Below are positions 28,732 through 37,342 of a stretch of 64,000 bases of DNA, one piece after another (position 1 is the first letter of the stretch; every line of letters starts with the position of its first letter). The notes under the pieces are model-generated. The model did not search any database. It was not told where the DNA came from and saw nothing but the letters and a program-made list of their open reading frames with translations. The stretch is from Candidatus Poseidoniaceae archaeon (GTDB taxonomy: Archaea > Thermoplasmatota > Poseidoniia > Poseidoniales > Poseidoniaceae): positions 13,530-77,529 of the forward strand of contig JASLKC010000007.1 of assembly GCA_030747785.1 (NCBI GenBank). Reading direction: 5' to 3'. Made by a program: the position numbers and the translations under genes.

Positions 28732-29958
28732 TCACCAACCGAAATGTTTTGCTCTACTATATCCGAATGATAGTAGGACACTAATTACGCCCTTTGTGTA
28801 GAGTAATGGATTGCGGAATAGAATCTTGATGCCAATCCAAACCTTATCCAATGGGGTCATAGAGCCTAATTCCTTAGGTAAACAACGTGCCATACTCGAT
28901 AGTTGGTCATCACTCAAATCATAGAGCGATGTCTTACCCTTGAGTATTTTGTCATAAGGTGGAAATCTACGTTTCCATGCCCTAACATAGGGCTGTAATG
29001 CATCGTCTGAAAGGTCTCCAGCCCCAATCGCTGTGGCTATTGTTTTAGCAGCAGCGCGGCCACTCCACAATGCCAAGTGTGAGCCGCCTTCAAACAAGGG
29101 TGAAGTGAAACCTGCAGCGTCGCCAACCAAAATCAAACCATCACCCGTAGTAATTTCTCTTGGACCAGAAATTGGTATTGTTCCACCGAAAGGTCGAGGT
29201 TTTATTCCAGGCTTTCTCCACATTGGATTTTGAATAACCTTACCCTTGAGGTAGGTGTCTTCGACAAATTGGTCGAGATATTTGATTGCTCCCTTTTTAT
29301 CCGTAGTGACCAATCCAACATTAGCGCGTTCACCTTTCTTAGGGATCATCCAAACATATCCGTGTGGAGAATATTTTGGCCAGAGGTAAAAATCGAGATA
29401 GCCATCATTTGGTACATCTGTCATTTCATATTGGAAACCAGCAATAACTTCGACTTCTGTTTTCATATCGAGCAACTTTGATGCGGCCCCTGATACTCCA
29501 GAAGCGTCAATCACTGCCTTACATTCAATTGGAAATTCAATTCCCCTGCCATCAATTTTCCAATTGGAAAATTCATTTTCGCTATTGTAAACTCTCTCCA
29601 TCGAAGTTACACGATGAGAAAGATGGAGTGATGCCCCTTCTTTCACAGCCTCATCTGCAAGCCATTGTTCGAAGAGATGTTTCTCGAGGACATATCCTTT
29701 CTCGGTAAGCAATTTAGCAGTCCCATCTGGAAAGATTACTCTGATGCCTTTGCATTCAAGTGCAACCACATTTTCTGGCAGATCTAAATCCAAGTTATCA
29801 ATGGCTAATTGTGACAAGCATTCGCCACAATGAACTGGTACACCTACCTCTGGGTCGGCCTCAACAATCATTGTCGAAAGACCAGCTCTTGCGGCGTGCA
29901 ATGCAGCTGAACCGCCACCAGGACCTGCGCCAATAATGAGAACATCACAGGTCGCCAT
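28732..29958 (-). CDS. Geranylgeranyl reductase family FAD-dependent oxidoreductase
   Basis: True start is MATCDVLIIGAGPGGGSAALHAA (a GxGxxG FAD fold) at ATG 29958. The 160-codon upstream extension of the ORF is low-quality sequence and runs into the ubiD gene. Confidence 0.85.
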   Translation of the reverse strand: MATCDVLIIGAGPGGGSAALHAARAGLSTMIVEADPEVGVPVHCGECLSQLAIDNLDLDLPENVVALECKGIRVIFPDGTAKLLTEKGYVLEKHLFEQWLADEAVKEGASLHLSHRVTSMERVYNSENEFSNWKIDGRGIEFPIECKAVIDASGVSGAASKLLDMKTEVEVIAGFQYEMTDVPNDGYLDFYLWPKYSPHGYVWMIPKKGERANVGLVTTDKKGAIKYLDQFVEDTYLKGKVIQNPMWRKPGIKPRPFGGTIPISGPREITTGDGLILVGDAAGFTSPLFEGGSHLALWSGRAAAKTIATAIGAGDLSDDALQPYVRAWKRRFPPYDKILKGKTSLYDLSDDQLSSMARCLPKELGSMTPLDKVWIGIKILFRNPLLYTKGVISVLLSFGYSRAKHFGW

Positions 29959-29959
29959 G

Positions 29960-29976
29960 CCTCCCCTAAGGGGAGG
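29960..29976. repeat. Perfect inverted repeat CCTCCCC-TAA-GGGGAGG, 1 nt from the GGR start codon
   Basis: Read directly. On the minus strand it reads CCTCCCC-TTA-GGGGAGG-C-ATG. Confidence 0.85.
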
Positions 29977-30019
29977 CGGGTCTTGAAGCGAACGGCAACG
30001 CCAGCAGGATTGATGAGGC

Positions 30020-30036
30020 ATGCCCCGTAGGGGCAT
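30020..30036. repeat. Perfect inverted repeat ATGCCCC-GTA-GGGGCAT, 1 nt from the UbiD start codon
   Basis: Read directly: ATGCCCC-GTA-GGGGCAT-C-ATG(30038). Confidence 0.85.
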
Positions 30037-30037
30037 C

Positions 30038-31963
30038 ATGGCCTGGCGCACGCTATCCCGCTGGCTCTCGCATCTCGAGAGCAGAGGTGAACTGATGCGC
30101 ATCACTGAGCCAGTAGATGTTGAACTTGAGGCCGGCGCCATTGCTGACCGCTTAGTGAAGACCGGTGGTAAGGCCGTATTATTTGAGAAACCAAGACTTC
30201 CAGATGGAAGCATAAGTGCAATACCTTTGGCGATGAATATCTTTGGAACACACGATCGAACGCTTCGAGCGCTTGGAGTGACTAGCACAACAGAAGTTGG
30301 AGATAGGCTCGTCACCCTGATGAAACCCGATATTGGAGGGATTTTACGGAGGCCATGGAAAGGATTCTCTCTACTCAAAGATGCATTGTCATTACCGCCA
30401 AAGCGGGTTCGCAAAGGTTCGTGCCAACGCATCCGCATGGAAACCGATGTGACTCAACTACCTATTCCAAAAACATGGCCGATGGACGGAGGGAGATTCA
30501 TCACCTTACCATTGGTTGTCACCAAAGACGCAAACACAGGAGAGCACAACCTCGGCATGTACAGGGGGCAGGTCTTCTCGCCAACCGAGGTTGGACTGCA
30601 TTGGCAAATACACAAGCATGGTGCCGACCATGCTGCTGCTTGGCCTGAAGGGAAAATGCCAGTAGCAATTTGCATTGGAGGCCCCCCCGAATTGGTATTC
30701 TCTGCAATTGCTCCACTGCCAAATAATCTGGAAGAATATATGTTCGCAGGATTCCTTGGAAGAAGGCGCTTAAGAATCACCAAAGCACTGACTCAAAATC
30801 TTATGATTCCAGCCGATGCTGATATTGTGATTGAGGGGTGGGTAGATGTGAAACAAAGCCGAACAGAGGGTCCATTTGGAGACCACTTCGGATTCTATTC
30901 CCTAACCGGCCAATATCCAGTCCTAAACATAACGGCAATCACTAGGAAAAAGGGGGCGGTTCTTCCTGCAACCATAGTCGGACAACCTCCGATGGAAGAT
31001 GGATTTCTTGGTGAAGCAATTGGTAGTCAATTCCTCCCAATCTTACAATTTCAGCACAGAGATGTTCTTGACTTACACTTGCCATTAGAGACTGGTTTCC
31101 ATAACCTTGCAATCGTCAAATCCAAACAGCGCTATCCACGTCAAGCACGGAAAACTTGTCTTGGGCTTCTTGGAGCAGGACAAATGATGTTCCTCAAAAT
31201 CATGGTAGCTACGGATGAAAAATGCTCAGACCTCGATTCATTACTCGATGTTCTGAACGACCGTGTAGACCCATCTGCAGATATCACAATTCTTGATGGG
31301 ATGGTTGGCGATGCACTCGAATCAGCGTCAACATACGAAAATGTTCATTCTAAGATGATTATCGATGCGACAATAATGCCTGATTCGGACCCAAGAAGTG
31401 GAAATCCGCTTGAAGGTTCATTCGTCGAAAGTTCGCCTGCATGGAGGCGTGGAGAGGGTGAAGTACCAGGGATTTCAGATGAGTTGCTTTCTGAAATCTC
31501 TTCCGTAGAGGGAGTCAAAGATTGCATGCGCTTGAGGTCCTCAATGATTGTAGTGACAATCGATGTCGAAGGTAGTCCAGATCCAAGAGCTGGCGCACAA
31601 TGGCCAAATGAGGAGGACGCGAAGAAGCAAAGAGAGCAAATTAGTCAATTGCGAAATTCAATTTGGCAATTGGACACCGAGAAACACCTTCGCTGGTTAT
31701 TTATTACCGATAATGACCTTGATTTACATGGTTCTGGAGCCAAAAGAAGGTTGCTTTGGCAACTAACTTCACGTTTTGCTGTAGAACGAGATCTTACCAT
31801 AATAGATGGTCGAATTTGTTGGGATGCCACAATTCCAATTCCATGCATGGAAGGAGATTCGCCAGTAAGGAGATGGCCTGCAATCACAATGCACGATCCC
31901 GCTACTTTGGAAAGTATCGAAAGATTTGATTTGCCTGATTGGCCAAATAATTTGGTGATGTAA
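30038..31963 (+). CDS. UbiD-family (prenylated-FMN dependent) decarboxylase with a roughly 150-aa C-terminal extension
   Basis: UbiD-like N-terminus (LSHLESRGELMRI), GMYRGQV and FGDHFGFY motifs. Its stop is immediately adjacent to the UbiA start. Confidence 0.8.
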   Translation: MAWRTLSRWLSHLESRGELMRITEPVDVELEAGAIADRLVKTGGKAVLFEKPRLPDGSISAIPLAMNIFGTHDRTLRALGVTSTTEVGDRLVTLMKPDIGGILRRPWKGFSLLKDALSLPPKRVRKGSCQRIRMETDVTQLPIPKTWPMDGGRFITLPLVVTKDANTGEHNLGMYRGQVFSPTEVGLHWQIHKHGADHAAAWPEGKMPVAICIGGPPELVFSAIAPLPNNLEEYMFAGFLGRRRLRITKALTQNLMIPADADIVIEGWVDVKQSRTEGPFGDHFGFYSLTGQYPVLNITAITRKKGAVLPATIVGQPPMEDGFLGEAIGSQFLPILQFQHRDVLDLHLPLETGFHNLAIVKSKQRYPRQARKTCLGLLGAGQMMFLKIMVATDEKCSDLDSLLDVLNDRVDPSADITILDGMVGDALESASTYENVHSKMIIDATIMPDSDPRSGNPLEGSFVESSPAWRRGEGEVPGISDELLSEISSVEGVKDCMRLRSSMIVVTIDVEGSPDPRAGAQWPNEEDAKKQREQISQLRNSIWQLDTEKHLRWLFITDNDLDLHGSGAKRRLLWQLTSRFAVERDLTIIDGRICWDATIPIPCMEGDSPVRRWPAITMHDPATLESIERFDLPDWPNNLVM

Positions 31964-32809
31964 ATGGATGTAAAACAAATTGCGTCATTTGTCAAAATCG
32001 AACATACGCTATTCAGTTTACCCTTTGTTTTCATTGGAGCATTCGTGGCTGGTTCTCCTTCGATGATGCAACTAGTATGGATTCTGGTTGCTGCTATTGG
32101 TGCAAGGGGTTTAGCGATGGGCCTAAATCGAATAATCGACCGCGATATCGATGCTGATAATCCTCGCACTGAAAGTAGACATCTTGCATCTGGAGATATG
32201 TCTCTTCAAAGCGCATGGATTCTATGTGGCGTCTTTCTTACCATGTTACTTATCGGAGCCTGGAAACTCAACCCTCTTGCTCTCAAATTATCTTGGATTC
32301 CTGTTCTTGCATTTGTCATCTATCCATACATGAAGCGTTTCACTTGGGCTTGCCATTGGTGGTTGGGCCTTTGCCTGGGACTTGCTCCCGCAGGTGCATG
32401 GGTTGGAATCACTGGAGAGATTGCTTCCCTTGATTGGTGGCCGGGATTATTCTTCATTAGTCTTGGAGTGGCATTCTGGATTGCAACTTTCGATATCAAT
32501 TACGCATTGATGGACATTGAAAATGACAGGAAAAATGGAATCAAGTCCTTTCCCGCTAGATTTGGTGAAGTTCATACTGAACGGACATCGGTGCAAATGA
32601 CTCTTCTGTGGTTCGCTTGTTTCGCAATATCTAATCCAATTGATGAAGTAACATTCCTAGCAGCTGCAGGATTAATGGCACTTGTCAATATCGTTGTATT
32701 GCTACGAAGAAAGCACCTTGCTGACTTCCAAACAACATTCTTCCGAACTAGTGTTCTCACTGGTTGGACCTTACTAGCCGGCTTGATTATTGGTCAGCAA
32801 CTGTATTGA
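31964..32809 (+). CDS. UbiA-family aromatic prenyltransferase
   Basis: NRIIDRDIDADNPRT (NxxxDxxxD), a second Asp-rich motif region, and 8-9 TM helices. Confidence 0.85.
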   Translation: MDVKQIASFVKIEHTLFSLPFVFIGAFVAGSPSMMQLVWILVAAIGARGLAMGLNRIIDRDIDADNPRTESRHLASGDMSLQSAWILCGVFLTMLLIGAWKLNPLALKLSWIPVLAFVIYPYMKRFTWACHWWLGLCLGLAPAGAWVGITGEIASLDWWPGLFFISLGVAFWIATFDINYALMDIENDRKNGIKSFPARFGEVHTERTSVQMTLLWFACFAISNPIDEVTFLAAAGLMALVNIVVLLRRKHLADFQTTFFRTSVLTGWTLLAGLIIGQQLY

Positions 32810-32818
32810 GCCGTCGTG

Positions 32819-32835
32819 CATGCCCTATGGGCATG
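32819..32835. repeat. Perfect inverted repeat CATGCCC-TAT-GGGCATG containing candidate start codons
   Basis: Read directly. In-frame ATGs at 32827 (spanning the loop and the start of the 3' arm) and 32833 (end of the 3' arm) both fall inside it. It lies 10 nt after the ubiA stop. Confidence 0.85.
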
Positions 32836-33210
32836 AATCCCATTGTGAAAAGCCTGCTAGAATTTAACGAGGCCTTCGATATCCCAAAACTCGATACTCC
32901 CGGGCTTGGTTCTGATGAATTGATTGAACTACGAATCAAGTTGTTGACAGAAGAAGTTCAGGAATACGCCGAGGCCGCTCGTGCCGGTGACATGGTAGAG
33001 ATCCTCGATGCACTTGCTGACATTGGATACATCCTAGCAGGTACTATTATCAATCATGGAATGCAACATATTTACGATGATTCATTCAACGAAGTTCACC
33101 GTTCAAATATGGCTAAATTGGTCGATGGTAAGGTACTTCGTCGTGAAGATGGTAAGGTAATGAAGCCAGAAGGTTGGCAGCCACCCCAATTAGCACAATT
33201 CCTCCAGTGA
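32827..33210 (+). CDS. MazG-like nucleotide pyrophosphohydrolase domain protein
   Basis: All-alpha, about 127 aa. EEVQEYAEA...EILDALADIGYI resembles the MazG/HisE-type EExxE...D metal site. The family call is by memory. Confidence 0.5.
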   Translation: MGMNPIVKSLLEFNEAFDIPKLDTPGLGSDELIELRIKLLTEEVQEYAEAARAGDMVEILDALADIGYILAGTIINHGMQHIYDDSFNEVHRSNMAKLVDGKVLRREDGKVMKPEGWQPPQLAQFLQ

Positions 33211-33223
33211 CTTCATGACTGAT

Positions 33224-33242
33224 TGCCCTCCTATGGAGGGCA
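33224..33242. repeat. Perfect inverted repeat TGCCCTCC-TAT-GGAGGGCA ending on the A of the SDR start codon
   Basis: Read directly: 8-bp arms and a 3-nt loop. The ATG is at 33242-33244. Confidence 0.85.
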
Positions 33243-33967
33243 TGGGAACTGCGCTAATTACCGGAGGTGGCCGTGGAATCGGTGCTGCAGTCAGTAAAAG
33301 ATTAGCTGCTGATGGCCATAGAATACTCCTGACCTATTGCAATTCCAGTAAGCCTGCCGAGATGGTAGTTGACAGTATTCGCGACACCGGAACCGACGCT
33401 GTAGCCGTGAATTGCGACGTGACCGATGCAAGAGAAGTTGCATTACTCGCAACACACCCATGGGTTGCAGAAGGAATAGATATCCTCGTACTCAATCATG
33501 GAAGATATGATCGAGTTCATGCCGAAGAACTCGATATTACCCATCTAAGGCGTACAATGTCTACAAACTTCGAGGGTGCATTCCTTATCTGGAAAGCAGT
33601 ACAACCCACTCTTGCAGATGATGCCAGAATTTGTGTGATTGGAAGCCAATTGGGAACCAGGGGTTCTCCTCATGGTGCAGATTACTCAGCATCCAAAGCA
33701 GCGCTGGCAATCTGGGCTCGGTCCCTAGCGCAATCTGTTGCTCCAAAGGGGCAACGCGTCAATGTCATTGCTCCCGGATTTGTCGACACAAATATCCTCG
33801 CTGGCGATAGTTCAGAAAAGAGAGCGAGTAGAGAAGAAGAGGTGCCGCTAAAACGCATTGGCACTCCTGAAGACATTGCATCTACAGTTTCCTTCCTTAC
33901 CGGCGATGATTCTTCTTACATCACTGGTGCCGTCATCCATGTAAATGGCGGACTATACCTTCCATGA
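33242..33967 (+). CDS. Short-chain dehydrogenase/reductase (FabG-like)
   Basis: Start at MGTALITGGGRGIG (TGxxxGxG). YSASKAA is the catalytic YxxxK motif. Confidence 0.8.
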   Translation: MGTALITGGGRGIGAAVSKRLAADGHRILLTYCNSSKPAEMVVDSIRDTGTDAVAVNCDVTDAREVALLATHPWVAEGIDILVLNHGRYDRVHAEELDITHLRRTMSTNFEGAFLIWKAVQPTLADDARICVIGSQLGTRGSPHGADYSASKAALAIWARSLAQSVAPKGQRVNVIAPGFVDTNILAGDSSEKRASREEEVPLKRIGTPEDIASTVSFLTGDDSSYITGAVIHVNGGLYLP

Positions 33968-33977
33968 GTGTGATAAA

Positions 33978-36266
33978 ATGAGCGACCCCTTCGACATCTC
34001 GAAGGCCCTCGAAGGGGCTGCAATGGACCGCCTGTCGCCTGATGTTGCCCGATTTAGGCTTCACAGTGATTTTTCACCGGCTGGAGACCAAGAAAAAGCA
34101 ATTGAAGATTTACTTTTCCAATTAGAAAATGGCCAAGAACGCTGTGTGATGCTTGGAGTTACAGGTTCAGGTAAAACATTCGCAATGGCGAACCTCATCG
34201 AGAAGCTGAATATACCAACATTAGTAATGAGTCATAACAAGACTCTTGCAAGACAACTCTATCACGAAATGGCATCATTATTCCCTGAAAATGGAGTCGA
34301 ATACTTTGTTTCACACTATGATTACTACCAACCCGAAGCCTATCTTCCAAAGCGAGATCTCTACATCGATAAAGAACTCTCGATAAACGAGAGAATCGAA
34401 CAAGAGAGATTTGCTACTGTTGCAAGCCTTGTTAGCCGGCCCGATTGCATCGTGGTATCATCTGTTTCGTGTATTTACGGCCTAAATGCACCCGAAACAT
34501 TTCTCCAAAATCATTGTCGAGTGGTAGTAGGCGCGGAGGTAGAACCACAAGAACTCGTGAATCAGTTGGTCGCACTCAAATACAGGCGCATCACCACTGA
34601 CCTTCAACGAGGAGATATGCGCCTAAGAGGTGAAAATCTCGATGTTTGGATGCCGAGTCGCGACGACCCATTACGCATAAGATTTGGATTCGAAGGGATC
34701 AAGCATGTGCAAGTTTGCGATCCCGTCACCTGGGAAATTCTCGATGAATTGGATGAGGCATGGATTCATCCAAAAGAATTCTTCATGACCTCTCCTGAAA
34801 GGCACGAGATTTCCCTTGAAAGGATTGAGGATGAACTCGATGGCCATCTTGCTCAACTCAAGAGTGAAGGGAAGATGCTTGAGGCTCATCGCCTTGAACA
34901 ACGAACTCGGTACGACCTTGAAATGCTTCGAGAAGTAGGGCATTGCACCGCCGTAGAAAATTATTCTATGCACTTTGATGGACGAGATTATGGAGAAAGA
35001 CCACATTGTTTGCTCGACTTCTTTGCTGCAGCGGCCAAACAATTCCATAATGACCCAGAAAGATACCTTGTAATCATGGATGAAAGTCATGTTACTCTCC
35101 CACAAGTGGGCGGAATGTATGCAGGCGATCGTAGCCGTAAACTCAACTTAATTGAACACGGATTCAGACTTCCATCTGCGGCGGATAATAGGCCACTAAA
35201 GATTGCTGAATTCCAAAAACTCGTACCACAGATGCTCTATGTCTCAGCAACCCCTGGAGAAAGAGAATTACTTCACCTCTGCGAGACTACTGGACAGGAT
35301 GCTCCAATCGGACTTCGCCACTATGCTGGTGGCGGTGGGGTGGATGAACCCGAGTATAGCAAGAAGCATCCTGACGCTGAAAGTATGTACGATATGCTTC
35401 AGAAAATCGAAGGCGTTCCAAGGATGGAAATACGCCCTACAGGACTACTTGATCCCACGATTGAAGTCAGAGGTACAGAGGGTCAAATTGCCGATTTACT
35501 TAGTGAGATCAATGCGCGTATCGAGGCTGGGGAAAGGACACTTGTCACGGTTCTAACAATCAAATTTGCCGAAGAAGTTGCAGCTTATCTCAACAAGATG
35601 GGAATTAAAGCACACCATCTTCATTCTGAAATTGATACTATCGAAAGAACCGAGATTATCAACGCCCTCAGAATCGGCCATATCGATGCAATAGTCGGAA
35701 TCAATCTTTTGCGAGAAGGACTCGATATTCCCGAAGTCAGCCTCGTAGCGATTTTCGATGCTGACCGGCAAGGATTCCTAAGAAATGAAAGAAGTTTACT
35801 ACAAACTATTGGAAGAGCGAGCCGTAATGCCAATGGTTCGGTATTGCTCTATGCGGATTCCATGTCCCCTGCAATGCAAGCTGCGATTCGGCAAACTCTC
35901 GAAAGAAGGCAGCGTCAAGGAGAAGATAACGAATTGAAGGGAATTACTCCTCAGACGATTAAGAAGGCTCTACCCCAAATGGGAAGTGACGTTGATGACC
36001 TGATTGCTGGTACTGCTGGTGGCAAACGGCTAGTTAGTGCAAAAGGAGGCCGTAAGAGTGGGGATTGGGCACAAAACATCAATGTTGGAGCCGGTCAATG
36101 GGCACGGTCAGAATCTGTAACTTCCAATATTTCACAACCAATTGAAGAATCAGATTATTCAATTGAAGAATTAAAGGAAATGATGAAGCAAGCAGCCTTG
36201 GAACTTGACTTTGAAAGAGCTGCAATGCTCCGGGATAGAATCAATGCGCTAAACAACCATATTTGA
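33978..36266 (+). CDS. uvrB: Excinuclease ABC subunit B
   Basis: GVTGSGKT Walker A, helicase motifs, RPTGLLDPTIEVR and a C-terminal UVR motif (ELDFERAAMLRDRI). At about 762 aa it is longer than typical UvrB. Confidence 0.9.
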   Translation: MSDPFDISKALEGAAMDRLSPDVARFRLHSDFSPAGDQEKAIEDLLFQLENGQERCVMLGVTGSGKTFAMANLIEKLNIPTLVMSHNKTLARQLYHEMASLFPENGVEYFVSHYDYYQPEAYLPKRDLYIDKELSINERIEQERFATVASLVSRPDCIVVSSVSCIYGLNAPETFLQNHCRVVVGAEVEPQELVNQLVALKYRRITTDLQRGDMRLRGENLDVWMPSRDDPLRIRFGFEGIKHVQVCDPVTWEILDELDEAWIHPKEFFMTSPERHEISLERIEDELDGHLAQLKSEGKMLEAHRLEQRTRYDLEMLREVGHCTAVENYSMHFDGRDYGERPHCLLDFFAAAAKQFHNDPERYLVIMDESHVTLPQVGGMYAGDRSRKLNLIEHGFRLPSAADNRPLKIAEFQKLVPQMLYVSATPGERELLHLCETTGQDAPIGLRHYAGGGGVDEPEYSKKHPDAESMYDMLQKIEGVPRMEIRPTGLLDPTIEVRGTEGQIADLLSEINARIEAGERTLVTVLTIKFAEEVAAYLNKMGIKAHHLHSEIDTIERTEIINALRIGHIDAIVGINLLREGLDIPEVSLVAIFDADRQGFLRNERSLLQTIGRASRNANGSVLLYADSMSPAMQAAIRQTLERRQRQGEDNELKGITPQTIKKALPQMGSDVDDLIAGTAGGKRLVSAKGGRKSGDWAQNINVGAGQWARSESVTSNISQPIEESDYSIEELKEMMKQAALELDFERAAMLRDRINALNNHI

Positions 36267-36275
36267 CAGATTATA

Positions 36276-36297
36276 CATGTCCCCTAGGGGGGACATG
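36276..36297. repeat. Perfect inverted repeat CATGTCCCC-TAGG-GGGGACATG between uvrB and the deoxyhypusine synthase gene
   Basis: Read directly: 9-bp arms and a 4-nt loop. It lies 10 nt after the uvrB stop and 35 nt before ATG 36332. Confidence 0.85.
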
Positions 36298-36331
36298 GTA
36301 TTCATATGCAAGTGTCCCCCGCCCTTTCAAT

Positions 36332-37336
36332 ATGGCAATCGACCCAGAGTCCTTCGACAAACCAGTCGTAGACTACGATTTTACTACGGTTGATACGCCA
36401 CGTTCTCTAATCGATCAAATGTCGATGGCCGGTGGCTTCACTGCCACCAAACTAGCGCTTGCCAGAGATATTCTTAGTGGAATGAAAAGCGAAGTCGATT
36501 CAGTTGAGGGAGATGTAGGTAAAGTTGCTAACTGGCTTTCTTTCCCCGCCTGTCTTTGTGCTACAGGCACTCGTGGATTCTTTGTAGAAGCAATCAAAAG
36601 GAAGATGTTCAATGTAGTCTCTACCACATGTGGCATGCTCGACCATGATATTGCTCGGGCATACAAGCACTATTATCATGGATCTTTTGAACTCGATGAT
36701 ATCGAATTGGGAGAACACCAATTGATGCGCCTAGGCAATGTCATTGTCCCAAATGCAAGCTATGGTGAAATAATCGAGGCATTAGTAATGCCTGTCCTTG
36801 AAGAAATTCGTCACGACCGTCTCAAAGAAACTGGAAAAACTGGTGCAGATGCTTGGATTGGTTTCGGTTCAGTACATTTAGTCTGGGAATTAGGAAAGAG
36901 AATTGGTACTCCTGATACACTAATTCATTGGGCTTGGAAAAACAAGATCCCAGTGTGTATTCCAGGTATCACCGATGGAAGCATCGGTGCACAACTCTTC
37001 ATGTTCCGCCAAAAATATCGTGACTTCCACATCGACACTCTTGCCGATGAACAAATAATGAGCGACCTTACTTGGAATGTAGAGAAATCCAATGCTCTAA
37101 TGGTAGGAGGAGGTATTTCTAAACACCATGTAATTTGGTGGAATCAATATCGCGGTGGTCTCGATTCCGCAGTCTACATTACAACCGCTCCCGAGCATGA
37201 TGGTAGCCTTTCAGGGGCACGTTTGCGAGAGGCGATATCATGGGGGAAAATGCGTCCCGAAGCGCCCCATGTCTGTGTAGAAGGTGATGCAAGCGTCCTT
37301 CTTCCGTTACTTGGGAGTGATTTGTTCTCGGAGTGA
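36332..37336 (+). CDS. dys: Deoxyhypusine synthase
   Basis: GGGISKHH motif and DHS-like N-terminal region (MAGGFTATKLALARDIL). Start set at the first in-frame ATG. Confidence 0.85.
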   Translation: MAIDPESFDKPVVDYDFTTVDTPRSLIDQMSMAGGFTATKLALARDILSGMKSEVDSVEGDVGKVANWLSFPACLCATGTRGFFVEAIKRKMFNVVSTTCGMLDHDIARAYKHYYHGSFELDDIELGEHQLMRLGNVIVPNASYGEIIEALVMPVLEEIRHDRLKETGKTGADAWIGFGSVHLVWELGKRIGTPDTLIHWAWKNKIPVCIPGITDGSIGAQLFMFRQKYRDFHIDTLADEQIMSDLTWNVEKSNALMVGGGISKHHVIWWNQYRGGLDSAVYITTAPEHDGSLSGARLREAISWGKMRPEAPHVCVEGDASVLLPLLGSDLFSE

Positions 37337-37342
37337 AGTGGC

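Noticed and set aside
29959-30438. The 160-codon N-terminal extension of the 568-aa ORF 28732-30438.
   Set aside because: The extension is S/R/P-rich and antisense to the well-supported UbiD gene. The GxGxxG FAD-binding N-terminus begins at the ATG at 29958, so only 28732-29958 is called as the geranylgeranyl reductase.
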